Assembly: GCA_050015075.1 (NCBI GenBank)
Contig: JBEKCB010000026.1
Coordinates: 1-64,000 of the forward strand
Direction of reading: 5' to 3'
DNA length: 64,000 bases
From: Candidatus Brocadiia bacterium
Lineage (GTDB): Bacteria; Planctomycetota; Brocadiia; CAIUPP01
The number at the start of each line of letters is the position of its first letter. The first letter of the stretch is position 1. Positions 49,271 through 59,389 of this stretch are shown one piece after another. The position numbers and the translations under genes are program-made. The notes beneath the pieces were generated by a model, which had not been told where the DNA came from, ran no database searches, and was given only the letters and a program-made list of their open reading frames with translations.

Positions 49271-52200
49271 ATGGCGCATCTCAGTGATTCTGCGCTGATG
49301 GTTCGGCCGGAGCCAGTGCCGGCGCCCGCAAAGACGCCGCAGCCTGCCGCCTCGCCTGTCCAAGATCAGTCCGCCCTTGAAGGACTGCTCTATCCGATCG
49401 TGATCATCAAGCGGCAGGCATGCATCTGCTTCATGAACGACGCGGCCCGGCGCCTGCTCGTCGAAGGGCTCGACCGGCGGCTGGCGGCTCATATCCACGA
49501 CAATCCGGATATGGGAGCGATCACGCAGGTGCGCTTCACCCTCCAGAACGGGCACGACCTGTTCCTGGAGATTCGACTGGGGGAGATCGAATGGCGCGGC
49601 GAAAAGGCGACGCAGGTCTCGATCTCGGACGTGACGCCCTACCAGGGCATGATCCAGGGGTTGCTGAAAAAACTGGAGACGCAGAAGGAGGCGCTCGAGG
49701 AACTCACTGCTCGCCGGTCTGAGGCTGAGCAGCAACTCGGCGCGCACAGCGAGGCGCTGGCGAAGCTTCAAGCGGAACTCGAGGCCGAGTCCGCGGCCCG
49801 CACTAAAACGCAGGAAAGCGCCGGCCTGCGCGAGGAACTGGATCTCGCCACGCAGGAAAAAGCGCGGCTGCGATCGGACGTGACCGCACTCATCCGCGTG
49901 CGCGAGGAATTGAAAGAGTCCCGTCTGCGGCTGCAAAAACAGGTCGAGGAGCTTCAGGCCGCGGCGCCCCGGCCGCAGGAACAGGACACCGCCGGACACG
50001 CGGAACTCGAAGAGCGCGCAAGGTCGCTGGCCGCGGAGCTGGAGAAGACCCGCTCGGAACTCGAACTGGAAGCGCGCAAGTCGGCTGAAGCCGGCCGGAC
50101 ATGGGAAACGGAGCGCGCCGGGTTCTCATCGCAAGCCGCCGCGCTTGCCGCGTCGCTCGAACAGGCCCGCCGGCAAACCGATGAGGAAACCTCGCAGCGC
50201 CGGCAAGCGCAGGTGGATTTCGAGAAGGCCCGCGAGGCGGCCTCGGCATCCGAAGAGATCCAATCCAAGTTGCGGCAGGAACTGGAGGCGCTCCGGCGCG
50301 ACCGGGCGCAGATCAGCTCCCACGGAGAGGAGAAATCCGCGGAGGTCGCAGAACTCCTCGAAGAGAATAAGCGCCTGGCGCACGACCTTGCCGATCGCGC
50401 CGTCAGCGAAGCTGGCGCGCATGAGTCGGAAGCCGGCCGAGCCAACGAGAAGCTCGCTGCACAGGTCGAGGCGCTCCAGTCCGAACTCTCCGCCGCCGCG
50501 GCCGAGCGCGCCGGACTCGAGTCGAGCGCCGCTGCGCTTGCCGCAGCGCTCGAACAGGCCCGGCAGCAGACCGAGGCGGAAGCCTCGCGGCGTCGGCAAG
50601 CGCAGGCCGATCTCGAGAAGGGCCACGCCGCCGCGGCCACATCCGAGAAGACGCGTTCCGAGTTGGGCCAGGAATCGGAGTTGCTCTGGCGCAACCTGGA
50701 GCACCTCAGCGCCCTCGGAGAAGTGCAATCCCTGGAGGGCGTGGCACTCCTCGAAGAGAATAAACGCCTGGCGCGGGATCTGGCCGAGCATACCCCGCGC
50801 GAAAGCGTATTGGCCGCGGTGTGCGATGCGCTTCAGGAGAAGGCCGAGGCGCTCGCCCGCGAACTCGCGGCCGCACGGCAGGAAACCGAGCGCGCCGTCA
50901 GCGAAGCTCACGCGCGCGAGTTGGAGTCCGGCCAAGTCAACGAGAAGCTCGCCGCGAAGATCGAGACGCTCCAATCCGAACTCTCCGCCACCGCGACCGA
51001 CCGCGAGGAACTGCAGCGCGAGATCGTCAATCGGCTTGCCGATGACTCCTCCGTACGCGACGAGATGCAGGCGGAGGTTGCCCAACGGCAATCGCTGGAG
51101 AAAGAAATCGCAGCGTTGCGGCATGACTTGGCCGCCTCAGAGCGGGCCCGGGCCGAAGCGGCCGCGATATTCGAAACGCTGAAAGCCGAAGCCCGAAGCC
51201 ACGCCGACGTACTGGCCTGCGCTCGCGAGGAAGTGGCCGAGGCGGTCACGCTCGCCAAAGCGCAGCAGAAAAAAGCCGCCCAAGCGGAAGCGGAAGCCGC
51301 CTCGTTCGCTCGCGAACTGCAACAGGTGAAATCCGAATCGGCCAAGACCATGGAGACGTTGAAGGCCGGAAGCGAAAGCTACGCCGACGCGCTGGCCCGC
51401 GCTCGCGAGGAACTGGCCGAGGCCGCCACGCTTGCCAAAGCTCAGCAGGAAAAAGCCGCCGGCGCGGAAGCGGAAGCCGCCTCACTTGCAGACGAACTGC
51501 AAACGCTGAAATCTGAATCGGCCAAGGTGATCGAGACTCTGAAGGACGAAAGCGCAAGCCACGCCGATGCGGCAGCTCGCGCGCGGGAGGAGCTGGCCGA
51601 GGCCGCCACGCTCGCCAAAGCTCAGCAGGAAAAAGCCGCCCAAGCAGAAGCGGAGGCCGCTTCTGTCGCGCACGAACTGCAAACGCTCAAGTCCAAATCG
51701 GCCAAGACGATTGAGACGCTGAAGGCCGGAAGCGAAAGTCACGCCGACGCGCTGGCCCGCGCTCGCGAGGAACTGGCCGAAGCCGTAACGCTCGCCAAAG
51801 CTGAGCAGAAGAAAGTCGCCAAGGCGGAAGCGGAAGCCGCCTCGCTCGCTCGTGAACTGCAAACCGTGAAGTCTGAATCGGCCAAGACGATGGAGACGTT
51901 GAAGGCCGGAAGCGGAAGCCAGGCCGACGCACTGGCGCGCGCTCGCGAGGAACTGGCCGAGGCTGCCCAGTTGGCGAAAGTTCAGCAAGATCGGCTCGCT
52001 CAAGGGGAAGCGGAAGCCGCCTCACTCGCTAGCGAATTGCAAACGGTGAAGTCCGAATCGGCCAAGATGATGGAGACGTTGAAGGCCGGAAGCGGAAGCC
52101 AGGCCGACGCACTGGCGCGCGCGCGCGAGGAACTGGCCGAGGCTGCGCAACTCGCGAAAGTTCAGCAAGACCGGGTTGCCAAAGCGGAAACGGACGCCGC

Positions 52201-54109
52201 TTCTGTCGCGCACGAATTGCAAACGCTGAAGTCTAAATCGGCCAAGACGATCGAGACTCTGAAGGGCGAAAGCGAAAGCCACGCCGACGCGCTGGCCCGC
52301 GCTCGCGAGGAACTGGCCGAGTCGGTCACGCTCGCCAAAGCACAGCAGAAGAAAGCCGCCAAGGCGGAAGCGGAAGCCGCCTCACTCGCTCGCGAACTGC
52401 AAACCGTGAAGTCCGAATCGGCCAAGACGATGGAGAAGTTGAAGGCCGGAAGCGAAAGCCACGCCGACGCACTGGCTCGCGCTCGCGAGGAACTGGCCCA
52501 AGCCGAAACGCTCGCCAAAGCTCAGCAGAAGAAAGCCGCCCAAGCGGAAGCGGAAGCTGCGTCACTCACTCGCGAACTGGAAACGGTGAAGTCCGAATCG
52601 GCCAAGGCGTTGGAGACGTTGAAGGCCGGAAGCGAAAGCCACGCCGACGCGCTGGCCCGCGCTCGCGAGGAACTGGCCGAGTCGGTCACGCTTGCCAAAG
52701 CTCAGCAGAAGAAAGCCGCCAAGGCAGAAGCGGAAGCCGCGTCACTCGCTCGCGAACTGCAAACCGTGAAGTCCGAATCGGCCAAGACGATGGAGAAGTT
52801 GAAGGCCGGAAGCGAAAGCCACGCCGACGCGCTGGCTCGCGCTCGCGAGGAACTGGCCCAAGCCGAAACGCTCGCCAAATCGCAGCAGAAGAAAGCCGCC
52901 CAAGCGGAAGCGGAAGCCGCGTCGCTCGCTCGCGAACTGCAAACCGTGAAGTCCGAATCGGCCAAGACGGTGGAGACGTTGAAGGCCGGAAGCGAAAGCC
53001 ACGCCGACGCGCTGGCTCGCGCTCGCGAGGAACTGGCTTCGGCTGCCCAACTCGCAAAAGTTCAGCAAGACCGGCTCGCCAAAGTCGAAGCGAACGCCGC
53101 CTCTGTCGCGAACGAACTGCAAACAGTGAAGTCTGAATCGGCCAAGGCGATCGAGACGCTGAAGGGCGAAAGCTCGCGGCACGCCGACGCGGTAGCTCGC
53201 GCGCGTGAGGAACTGGCCCAAGTCGCCACGCTCGCCAAAGCTGAGCAGGAGAAAGCCGCCTCACTCGCTCACGAACTGCAACAGGTGAAGTCTGAATCAG
53301 CCAAGACGATCGAGACGCTGAAGGGCGAAAGCACAAGCCACGCCGACGCGGTAGCTCGCGCGCGTGAGGAACTGACCCAAGCTGTCGCGCTCGCCAAGGC
53401 TGAGCAGGAGAAAGCCGCCTCACTCGCTCACGCACTGCAACAGGTGAAGTCTGAATCAGCCAAGACGATGGAGACGCTGAAGGGCGAAAGCACAAGCCAC
53501 GCCGACGCGGTAGCTCGCGCGCGTGAGGAACTGACCCAAGCCGTCGCGCTCGCGAAAGCCCAGCAGGAAAGAACCGCCCGCGCGGAAGCGGAGGCGGCCG
53601 CAATCGCTCGCGAATTGCAAACGGTGAAGTCTGAATCGGCCAAGATGACGGAGACGTTGAAGGGCGAAACCGGCGGCCAGGCCGACGCGCTCGCCCAGGC
53701 GCGCCACGAAGCGACCGAGTCCGCCAAGTTCGCGAATGCGCAGCAGGCCAAAGCCGCAGAGGCGGAGAAACGGGCGGCTTCGGCAGCGCAGGAACTGGAA
53801 CTGGAAGTGAAAAAGTCGGCTGAAGCCCGCCGGGCATGGGAAAAGGAGCGGGCCGGGTTCGTGTCGCGCGGCGGGTTTGCCGCGGCGATCGAACAGGCCC
53901 GCCGGCAGCTCGAGAATGAAACCTCGGGGCGCAAGCAGGCGGAGGCCGATCTCGAGAAGGCCCGCGCCGACGCGACCGCGTCCGAAAAGATCCAATCCCA
54001 GATGCGCCTGGAATTGGAGGCGCTTCGGCGCGAACGGGAGCAGTCCAGCGCCCCCAGAAAAGAGGAATCCCAGCAAGTCACAGAAGTTGCTGAAAAGAAG
54101 GCGCCTTGA
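49271..54109 (+). CDS. 1612-aa coiled-coil protein with N-terminal PAS-like domain and 60-aa tandem repeats
   Basis: LEGLLYPIVII...FMNDAARRLL (PAS-like); A/E/K/L/Q/R-rich, almost Pro-free rod; no signal peptide or TM helix. Confidence 0.88.
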   Translation: MAHLSDSALMVRPEPVPAPAKTPQPAASPVQDQSALEGLLYPIVIIKRQACICFMNDAARRLLVEGLDRRLAAHIHDNPDMGAITQVRFTLQNGHDLFLEIRLGEIEWRGEKATQVSISDVTPYQGMIQGLLKKLETQKEALEELTARRSEAEQQLGAHSEALAKLQAELEAESAARTKTQESAGLREELDLATQEKARLRSDVTALIRVREELKESRLRLQKQVEELQAAAPRPQEQDTAGHAELEERARSLAAELEKTRSELELEARKSAEAGRTWETERAGFSSQAAALAASLEQARRQTDEETSQRRQAQVDFEKAREAASASEEIQSKLRQELEALRRDRAQISSHGEEKSAEVAELLEENKRLAHDLADRAVSEAGAHESEAGRANEKLAAQVEALQSELSAAAAERAGLESSAAALAAALEQARQQTEAEASRRRQAQADLEKGHAAAATSEKTRSELGQESELLWRNLEHLSALGEVQSLEGVALLEENKRLARDLAEHTPRESVLAAVCDALQEKAEALARELAAARQETERAVSEAHARELESGQVNEKLAAKIETLQSELSATATDREELQREIVNRLADDSSVRDEMQAEVAQRQSLEKEIAALRHDLAASERARAEAAAIFETLKAEARSHADVLACAREEVAEAVTLAKAQQKKAAQAEAEAASFARELQQVKSESAKTMETLKAGSESYADALARAREELAEAATLAKAQQEKAAGAEAEAASLADELQTLKSESAKVIETLKDESASHADAAARAREELAEAATLAKAQQEKAAQAEAEAASVAHELQTLKSKSAKTIETLKAGSESHADALARAREELAEAVTLAKAEQKKVAKAEAEAASLARELQTVKSESAKTMETLKAGSGSQADALARAREELAEAAQLAKVQQDRLAQGEAEAASLASELQTVKSESAKMMETLKAGSGSQADALARAREELAEAAQLAKVQQDRVAKAETDAASVAHELQTLKSKSAKTIETLKGESESHADALARAREELAESVTLAKAQQKKAAKAEAEAASLARELQTVKSESAKTMEKLKAGSESHADALARAREELAQAETLAKAQQKKAAQAEAEAASLTRELETVKSESAKALETLKAGSESHADALARAREELAESVTLAKAQQKKAAKAEAEAASLARELQTVKSESAKTMEKLKAGSESHADALARAREELAQAETLAKSQQKKAAQAEAEAASLARELQTVKSESAKTVETLKAGSESHADALARAREELASAAQLAKVQQDRLAKVEANAASVANELQTVKSESAKAIETLKGESSRHADAVARAREELAQVATLAKAEQEKAASLAHELQQVKSESAKTIETLKGESTSHADAVARAREELTQAVALAKAEQEKAASLAHALQQVKSESAKTMETLKGESTSHADAVARAREELTQAVALAKAQQERTARAEAEAAAIARELQTVKSESAKMTETLKGETGGQADALAQARHEATESAKFANAQQAKAAEAEKRAASAAQELELEVKKSAEARRAWEKERAGFVSRGGFAAAIEQARRQLENETSGRKQAEADLEKARADATASEKIQSQMRLELEALRREREQSSAPRKEESQQVTEVAEKKAP
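51181..53760 (+). repeat. ~14 tandem 180-bp coding repeats (two are 159 bp)
   Basis: Register recurs every 180 nt from 51181 to 53161, then at 53320, 53479 and 53659. Confidence 0.95.
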
Positions 54110-54208
54110 ACCTGGCCCCGGCCGACCACGGGAACTGCGGCGTGAAAACGCCAAGCGGCCCGCTGGCGAGGCATTCGTCCGCGCTGAAGTGAAGGCGCGG
54201 CATGGCTT

Positions 54209-54718
54209 TCACCAGCGCTCTTGCAGGACCAGGTCCGAAAGCGGCTTGCGCTTCTTGGGGCGCGCCGCGTCGGCGGGATAACCGACAGGCGTGAAGGCGA
54301 TGGGCTCGACGCCCTGCGGCGTGCGCAGCACTTCGCGCGCGGCGGCGGCATCGAAGGCGCCGACCCAGCAGGTGCCCAGTCCCAGGTCGGCGGCGGCCAG
54401 GATCAGGTGATCCATGGCAATTGTCGCGTCCACGTCGGCATAGTTCTTTCCGTCTGAACGCTTCCAGGCCTGCGCCGGGACGGCGCAGATGCAAACGACG
54501 ATGGGGGCCTGGGAAAACCATGCCTGCGGGTAGATGCGCTTGAGTTCCGCTTCGCGGCCCCGGGTGCGCATGACGATGATTTGAAACGGCTGCTTGTTCG
54601 CCGCCGTCGGCGCAAGCCGCGCGGCTTCCAGAACCGCCTGCAGCTTCTCCTCCTCGACGTTGTCCGGCTTGTATGCGCGCACGCTGTATCTTTTTGCGGC
54701 CAGTTCCAGAAAGCTCAT
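54209..54718 (-). CDS. Nitroreductase family protein
   Basis: RYSVRAY, APTAANKQP and GLGTCWVG motifs. Confidence 0.93.
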   Translation of the reverse strand: MSFLELAAKRYSVRAYKPDNVEEEKLQAVLEAARLAPTAANKQPFQIIVMRTRGREAELKRIYPQAWFSQAPIVVCICAVPAQAWKRSDGKNYADVDATIAMDHLILAAADLGLGTCWVGAFDAAAAREVLRTPQGVEPIAFTPVGYPADAARPKKRKPLSDLVLQERW

Positions 54719-54790
54719 GCGATCCTCCTCTCTGACGAGACCCAACCCTGCGCACTGTCAACTTCATCCGCGCCGATCAGCCTTCGCTTT

Positions 54791-56179
54791 CTACCGGTCG
54801 CGCAATTTCGCTTGCAGCATAAGGTAGTGCGGCACGCTTCTCAGACCGGATCGCGCATCCGGCTTTTCGCCGGCCTCGTAGGATTTCTGGATCTCGAGAT
54901 CATAAGGGACCAGCGCGCTCCACATTCGCAGCAACCAAATCGTCGTATTCGCGTCGGTGCCGACCGTCACCTGGGTTCCCGGAGCGCTGTCGGGTTCAAT
55001 CACGATATTGCCGGTGCCCTCATTCCACGTCCTGCTCAGAATCGTGCCGTTCAAGGCGCCGTCGCCCGCGGAGATCGGCCGCGAGGTCAACGAGTTCGGA
55101 ACGCAGGCGCAAATGTTCGTCGCCGTGCCGCCGGCCGGACACACCGAGATTCGCATCCCGGCCCTGAGAATGGAAGGATTGAAATAGTACTGCTTCGACT
55201 GCCCCGGCCATTCCGACCCGGTCCAACTGGTCTTGGCGGTGGCGATCAGGCGGTCAATCTCCGCCTTCGTGAAGACCAGGCCATGCTCGTACGCGGCGAC
55301 GATGCCCTGTGTGTCGAGATGGTAATAACCGCCGTTGGGATGCACGCCCACCCAGTGCTTGGGCGTGCCGTCGGGCTTGTAATCCCAGGGGCCGCCCGGC
55401 TGATTGTAATTCCAGATTTCGTAAGTGCCGTCAGGCTTGGGCTTCATGCGGCTCTTCATCACCTTGAACCACCGCTCCGCGCGGTCCTTGTATTCCGGCT
55501 TGCCCGTCACGTCCCACATCGCGAGCATCCAGCGGGCGATCTCGTTGCATTTGTTGTCCGGGTGCGAGGCGCCGTGGCCGGGGTCGTTCCGGGTGTCGAA
55601 GTCAATCCACTGCCGGTTGGCCGGGTCCAGCCCGTACGGCAGCACGACGGAGATCAGCCCGCCGTCGCCGGTCTCGCGCCAGCCGCCGCGCGCCACCCAT
55701 TTCCGGTAGAGCTGCTCCACGAACTGGATATAGCTCTGGCCCTTCACGCCGTACTTCTTCTTCAGCGCGGGGTTCTTCGCTATCTCGCCGGCCATCAGGA
55801 CGACCGGGCGGAAGGCCATCGCCTCGCTGAGCATGCTGTCGGTATTGTAGTCCTCCATGTGATCCACCCAGGTGCCGGTTCCATCCTTCCCGGGCCAGCC
55901 CAGGCAGCCGTCCGGCTCCTTGATAGCGCGCTTGATGACCGAGTCGGTCCAGTCCACCAGCATGTCCACGTACTTGGCGTCGCGGGTGGCCATGTAGCCG
56001 TAGTAGAAGCCATCCATGGCGGGCGCCACGCGCCAGGCGATGTCCTCACCCATCATGGTGTCGCACGTGCGCCGCTCCCTGGCCTCGGTGGTGATCTCCT
56101 TGTCCCAGAGGGCGAGCCATGATTTCTGCTTTGCCGCGTCCATCCTCGCGAGCGTCATGGCCGGATTCAACTTCTTCAC
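54791..56179 (-). CDS. Hypothetical protein, predicted helical barrel; homologue of the 14606-16714 N-domain
   Basis: Shared PDG..GW, KKKYG.K...Y, NK and W..TG..EY..R motifs; GTG start with strong RBS. Confidence 0.8.
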   Translation of the reverse strand: MKKLNPAMTLARMDAAKQKSWLALWDKEITTEARERRTCDTMMGEDIAWRVAPAMDGFYYGYMATRDAKYVDMLVDWTDSVIKRAIKEPDGCLGWPGKDGTGTWVDHMEDYNTDSMLSEAMAFRPVVLMAGEIAKNPALKKKYGVKGQSYIQFVEQLYRKWVARGGWRETGDGGLISVVLPYGLDPANRQWIDFDTRNDPGHGASHPDNKCNEIARWMLAMWDVTGKPEYKDRAERWFKVMKSRMKPKPDGTYEIWNYNQPGGPWDYKPDGTPKHWVGVHPNGGYYHLDTQGIVAAYEHGLVFTKAEIDRLIATAKTSWTGSEWPGQSKQYYFNPSILRAGMRISVCPAGGTATNICACVPNSLTSRPISAGDGALNGTILSRTWNEGTGNIVIEPDSAPGTQVTVGTDANTTIWLLRMWSALVPYDLEIQKSYEAGEKPDARSGLRSVPHYLMLQAKLRDR

Positions 56180-56302
56180 GACTTCTCCTCCTCTTATTCA
56201 ATGACCGCTCTTGCGGGCCTGCCGGTTGAGTTGAGGCATCGTATCAAGTCTGCAAACACCGGACAATCGCCTGTCGCTGCTCGAGGGCGACCGCGCGGCG
56301 AA

Positions 56303-56992
56303 TCAATCGCCCTCGATCGCCACGGCCCGGACAGGGAAGGATTCCAGCCCGCCCATCCTGGCGGGGAATGCAAAGAACAGGAACCGCGTTTTCCGAAGCT
56401 GGTCCAGGCTGCTCAGCGCCTCGATGATGGGGATCTCGTTGGAGAGCAGGAGGTCATGGAGATAGTACTTCTCAATCTCTTTCCCGAGGACCTGGGGATC
56501 TTCCGGGAAAACAGTGTCATCCACACCCACCAGCTTGATCTTCTTCTCAAGGAGATATTCGACACCCTCCTTATCCATGTAGCACCGGTTCTCTCCCGGG
56601 TGCGGGCACTTGCCGATAAGGACGATGTCGTCTTGCCGGACCTGAGCCCGGCGCAGCACCTCGGCCCCGATCGGTGTCTTCGGCGCCAGGTCCTTGCAGT
56701 CCACGAGCACCGCCATGCCGAAGAACCGGTCGAGCGCGATTTCGCTGACGTCGTGCGCGGGCCTGCCGTGGAGCACGGGGACGAAGTGCGAAGGGGCCTC
56801 GACGTGCGTGGAGATATGGCTCTCCATGTCAATGAAGTGCATGATCTCTCCGGGCGGGTAACGGAATTCCCGAATCTCGTATTTCCGTTTCCCCGTGCCG
56901 ACCGGACCTTCCGCGTTGCCGGGCGATGCCTTCTTGGTGAGATCAACAATCCTTCCGTTCGTCAGCCAGCGGCAGACTTGTTCCAGCTTCAT
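56303..56992 (-). CDS. Cyclase (kynurenine formamidase-like) family metal hydrolase
   Basis: HISTHVEAPSH, VGVD, H..LL, IIE.L and PVRAVA motifs. Confidence 0.88.
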   Translation of the reverse strand: MKLEQVCRWLTNGRIVDLTKKASPGNAEGPVGTGKRKYEIREFRYPPGEIMHFIDMESHISTHVEAPSHFVPVLHGRPAHDVSEIALDRFFGMAVLVDCKDLAPKTPIGAEVLRRAQVRQDDIVLIGKCPHPGENRCYMDKEGVEYLLEKKIKLVGVDDTVFPEDPQVLGKEIEKYYLHDLLLSNEIPIIEALSSLDQLRKTRFLFFAFPARMGGLESFPVRAVAIEGD

Positions 56993-57190
56993 CGGAGTGT
57001 CTCCCGGAATTGAATCCCTCCGCAAATCGAGGTGACCGCAGGGTGCGACAACGGACTGTAGCTTGGCGGTTTTTCGCTGTCAAGGCGGATGCGGACACTC
57101 GTTGACGATGGTGGGAGTGCGTGTTAGAGTATGCGAGCGCAGGTGGGGCGCTCCAGTCTTGCCGGGTTTGCGGAATGGAGATCTGAGCCC

Positions 57191-58219
57191 ATGGCCAAGT
57201 CGCGATTTGCGTTCTTCGGCGCGGGATACTTTGCGCGCCTCCAGATGGCCGCCTGGAAGGAACTCCAGGACGCCGAGTGTGTCGCGCTGTTCAACCGCAC
57301 GCCCGCGAAGGGAGCGGCGTTCGCCCGCGAATTCGGCATTTCAAAAGTATACGACGACCCTGAAGAACTTCTGCGCCGCGAGACGGTGGACTTCGTGGAC
57401 GTCTGCACCAACCCATTCAGCCTGCCCGATTTTGTCAGAATGATGGCCGCTCACAAGGTTCCGGTCATCAGCCAGAAGCCCATGGCGCCGTCGGTGGCCA
57501 TAGCGGAAGAACTGGTCCGGACGTGCGCGCAGGCGGGAATCCGCTACCTGATTCACGAGAATTGGCGCTGGCAAGAGCCCATCCGGCAGTTGAAGGGGGT
57601 GCTGGATTCAGGCATCATCGGCACGCCGTTCCGCGCGCGCATATCCATGGTCTCCGGCTTCCCGGTGTTTGTCAACGAACCCACGCTGAACGATTTGGAG
57701 AACTTCATCCTCACGGACATGGGGACGCACCTTTTCGACATCGCACGCTTCTACTTCGGCGAGCCGCGGAGCGTGTACTGTCAGAACCAGAGAATTCACA
57801 AGAACATCAAGGGTGAGGACGTTTCCACGATCCTCATGACCATGGGGGAGAACCGGACGTCCGTCTTCGTCGAGATGGGCTACCCGGAGATTCCGTACGA
57901 AAACGACGTTTTCCCACAGACGCTCATTTTCGTCGAAGGAGAGAAAGGGACGGCCGAGATCACCGCCAACTACTGGGTGCGAGTCACGACGCGGACCGGC
58001 ACGGAGGCCAGGCGATATCTCCCGGCCATCTTCAAGTGGTCCAGCCCGAATCATCTAATCGTGGATGCCAGCATCGTCACCTGCAACGATCATCTGCTGC
58101 GGGCCATGCGCGGGGAAGTCCAGGCGGAGACGCCGGGCGAAGACAACGTGAAGACGATTCGGCTGGTGTGGGCCTGCTATGAATCGGCCCGCGACGGCAA
58201 GGTCGTCCACCTGAAATGA
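57191..58219 (+). CDS. Gfo/Idh/MocA family oxidoreductase
   Basis: FFGAGYFA, SQKP, HENWRWQ and DMGTHLFD motifs. Confidence 0.92.
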   Translation: MAKSRFAFFGAGYFARLQMAAWKELQDAECVALFNRTPAKGAAFAREFGISKVYDDPEELLRRETVDFVDVCTNPFSLPDFVRMMAAHKVPVISQKPMAPSVAIAEELVRTCAQAGIRYLIHENWRWQEPIRQLKGVLDSGIIGTPFRARISMVSGFPVFVNEPTLNDLENFILTDMGTHLFDIARFYFGEPRSVYCQNQRIHKNIKGEDVSTILMTMGENRTSVFVEMGYPEIPYENDVFPQTLIFVEGEKGTAEITANYWVRVTTRTGTEARRYLPAIFKWSSPNHLIVDASIVTCNDHLLRAMRGEVQAETPGEDNVKTIRLVWACYESARDGKVVHLK

Positions 58220-59370
58220 GGAGCCCTGACATAACAGCCAGCTGGCGCCGGAGAATACGCGACGCGTACAAGTCGGCCATCGGCAAGAGGCGGAATGAGC
58301 TGGTGACGCCCGCCCTCATCCTGGATCTGGACGTGGCCAGACGGAATATTGACTTTATGATGGGCAAGCTCAAAGGGCTGCCGGCCAAACTTCGCCCGCA
58401 CGTCAAGGGGCAAAAGTGCGTGGAACTGGCGCTGCTGCAGCTCGATGCCGGCGCGATCGGCATCTGCGCCGCCACGGTCTGGGAAGCCATCGTCATGGGC
58501 CGCGCCGGAATTGAAGACATCCTGATCGCCAACCAGGTCGGCGGGACGGAAAAGATCCGCGCGCTGGCGGCTGCGGCTCGAAAGGGAAGCCTTGCCGTGG
58601 CCGTGGATGACCCTCGCAATGCGACGGACCTGTCGGAAGCGGTCTGCGCGCAGAAGAGCACGCTGGGCGTTCTGATTGAGATAGACGTGGGCATGGGCCG
58701 CGGCGGCGTGCGCTCGCCGGAGGACGCGGTCACGCTTGCCCGGCATATCAGCCGCCTCAAGGGGCTGCGGCTGCGCGGCGTGCAGGGCTACGAAGGCCAC
58801 TGCATGCACGAACCGGACCGAACCGTGCGCGCCGGAAAGGTGAAAGCGGCCATGGCTTACGTGGCGGAGGTCGTGGACCGGCTGGCCCAAGCGGGATTCC
58901 CGTGCGAGGTGGTTTCCTGCGGCGGCACCGGCACGTATGACATCACGGCCGCGATCCCGATCGTTACGGAGATACAAGCCGGATCGTATGTCTTCATGGA
59001 CAATTTCCACGGGAACCTTGTTCCCGGATTCTCCCGCTCCCTCACGGTGCTGGGCACGGTGGTCATCCAACACGGAAAGACGATCGTTTTCGATTCCGGC
59101 CGGAAGTCCATCGGGATTGACTTTGTCCAGCCTACGCTGGCGAAATACCCGCAGTACCAGGCGCGCTATTTCGCTGAGGAGCACGCGCTCTTTGACGTGG
59201 ACGACCGGTGCGATCTCCACCTGGGCGACACGGCGGAGTTCATTCCGGGATACGCGCCCACCACCGTCAACCTGTACGACGCCTATCACGTGGTGGAGAA
59301 GGACGTAGTGGTGGACGTATGGCCCATCATCCCGCGCGGGCCCGGGCATGCCGGCATGCTGTCGGCATAA
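58216..59370 (+). CDS. PLP-dependent fold-III enzyme, DSD1/D-threonine aldolase-like
   Basis: TPALILD, RPHVK, EIDVGMGRGGV, YEGH, GGTGT, QAGSYVFMD and EEH motifs. Confidence 0.9.
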   Translation: MRSPDITASWRRRIRDAYKSAIGKRRNELVTPALILDLDVARRNIDFMMGKLKGLPAKLRPHVKGQKCVELALLQLDAGAIGICAATVWEAIVMGRAGIEDILIANQVGGTEKIRALAAAARKGSLAVAVDDPRNATDLSEAVCAQKSTLGVLIEIDVGMGRGGVRSPEDAVTLARHISRLKGLRLRGVQGYEGHCMHEPDRTVRAGKVKAAMAYVAEVVDRLAQAGFPCEVVSCGGTGTYDITAAIPIVTEIQAGSYVFMDNFHGNLVPGFSRSLTVLGTVVIQHGKTIVFDSGRKSIGIDFVQPTLAKYPQYQARYFAEEHALFDVDDRCDLHLGDTAEFIPGYAPTTVNLYDAYHVVEKDVVVDVWPIIPRGPGHAGMLSA

Positions 59371-59389
59371 GGTTCAACAGGAGAACGCC

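Noticed and set aside
51181-53760. CRISPR-like or non-coding repeat array
   Set aside because: Repeats are contiguous, in frame, lack unique spacers and vary mostly like coding sequence.
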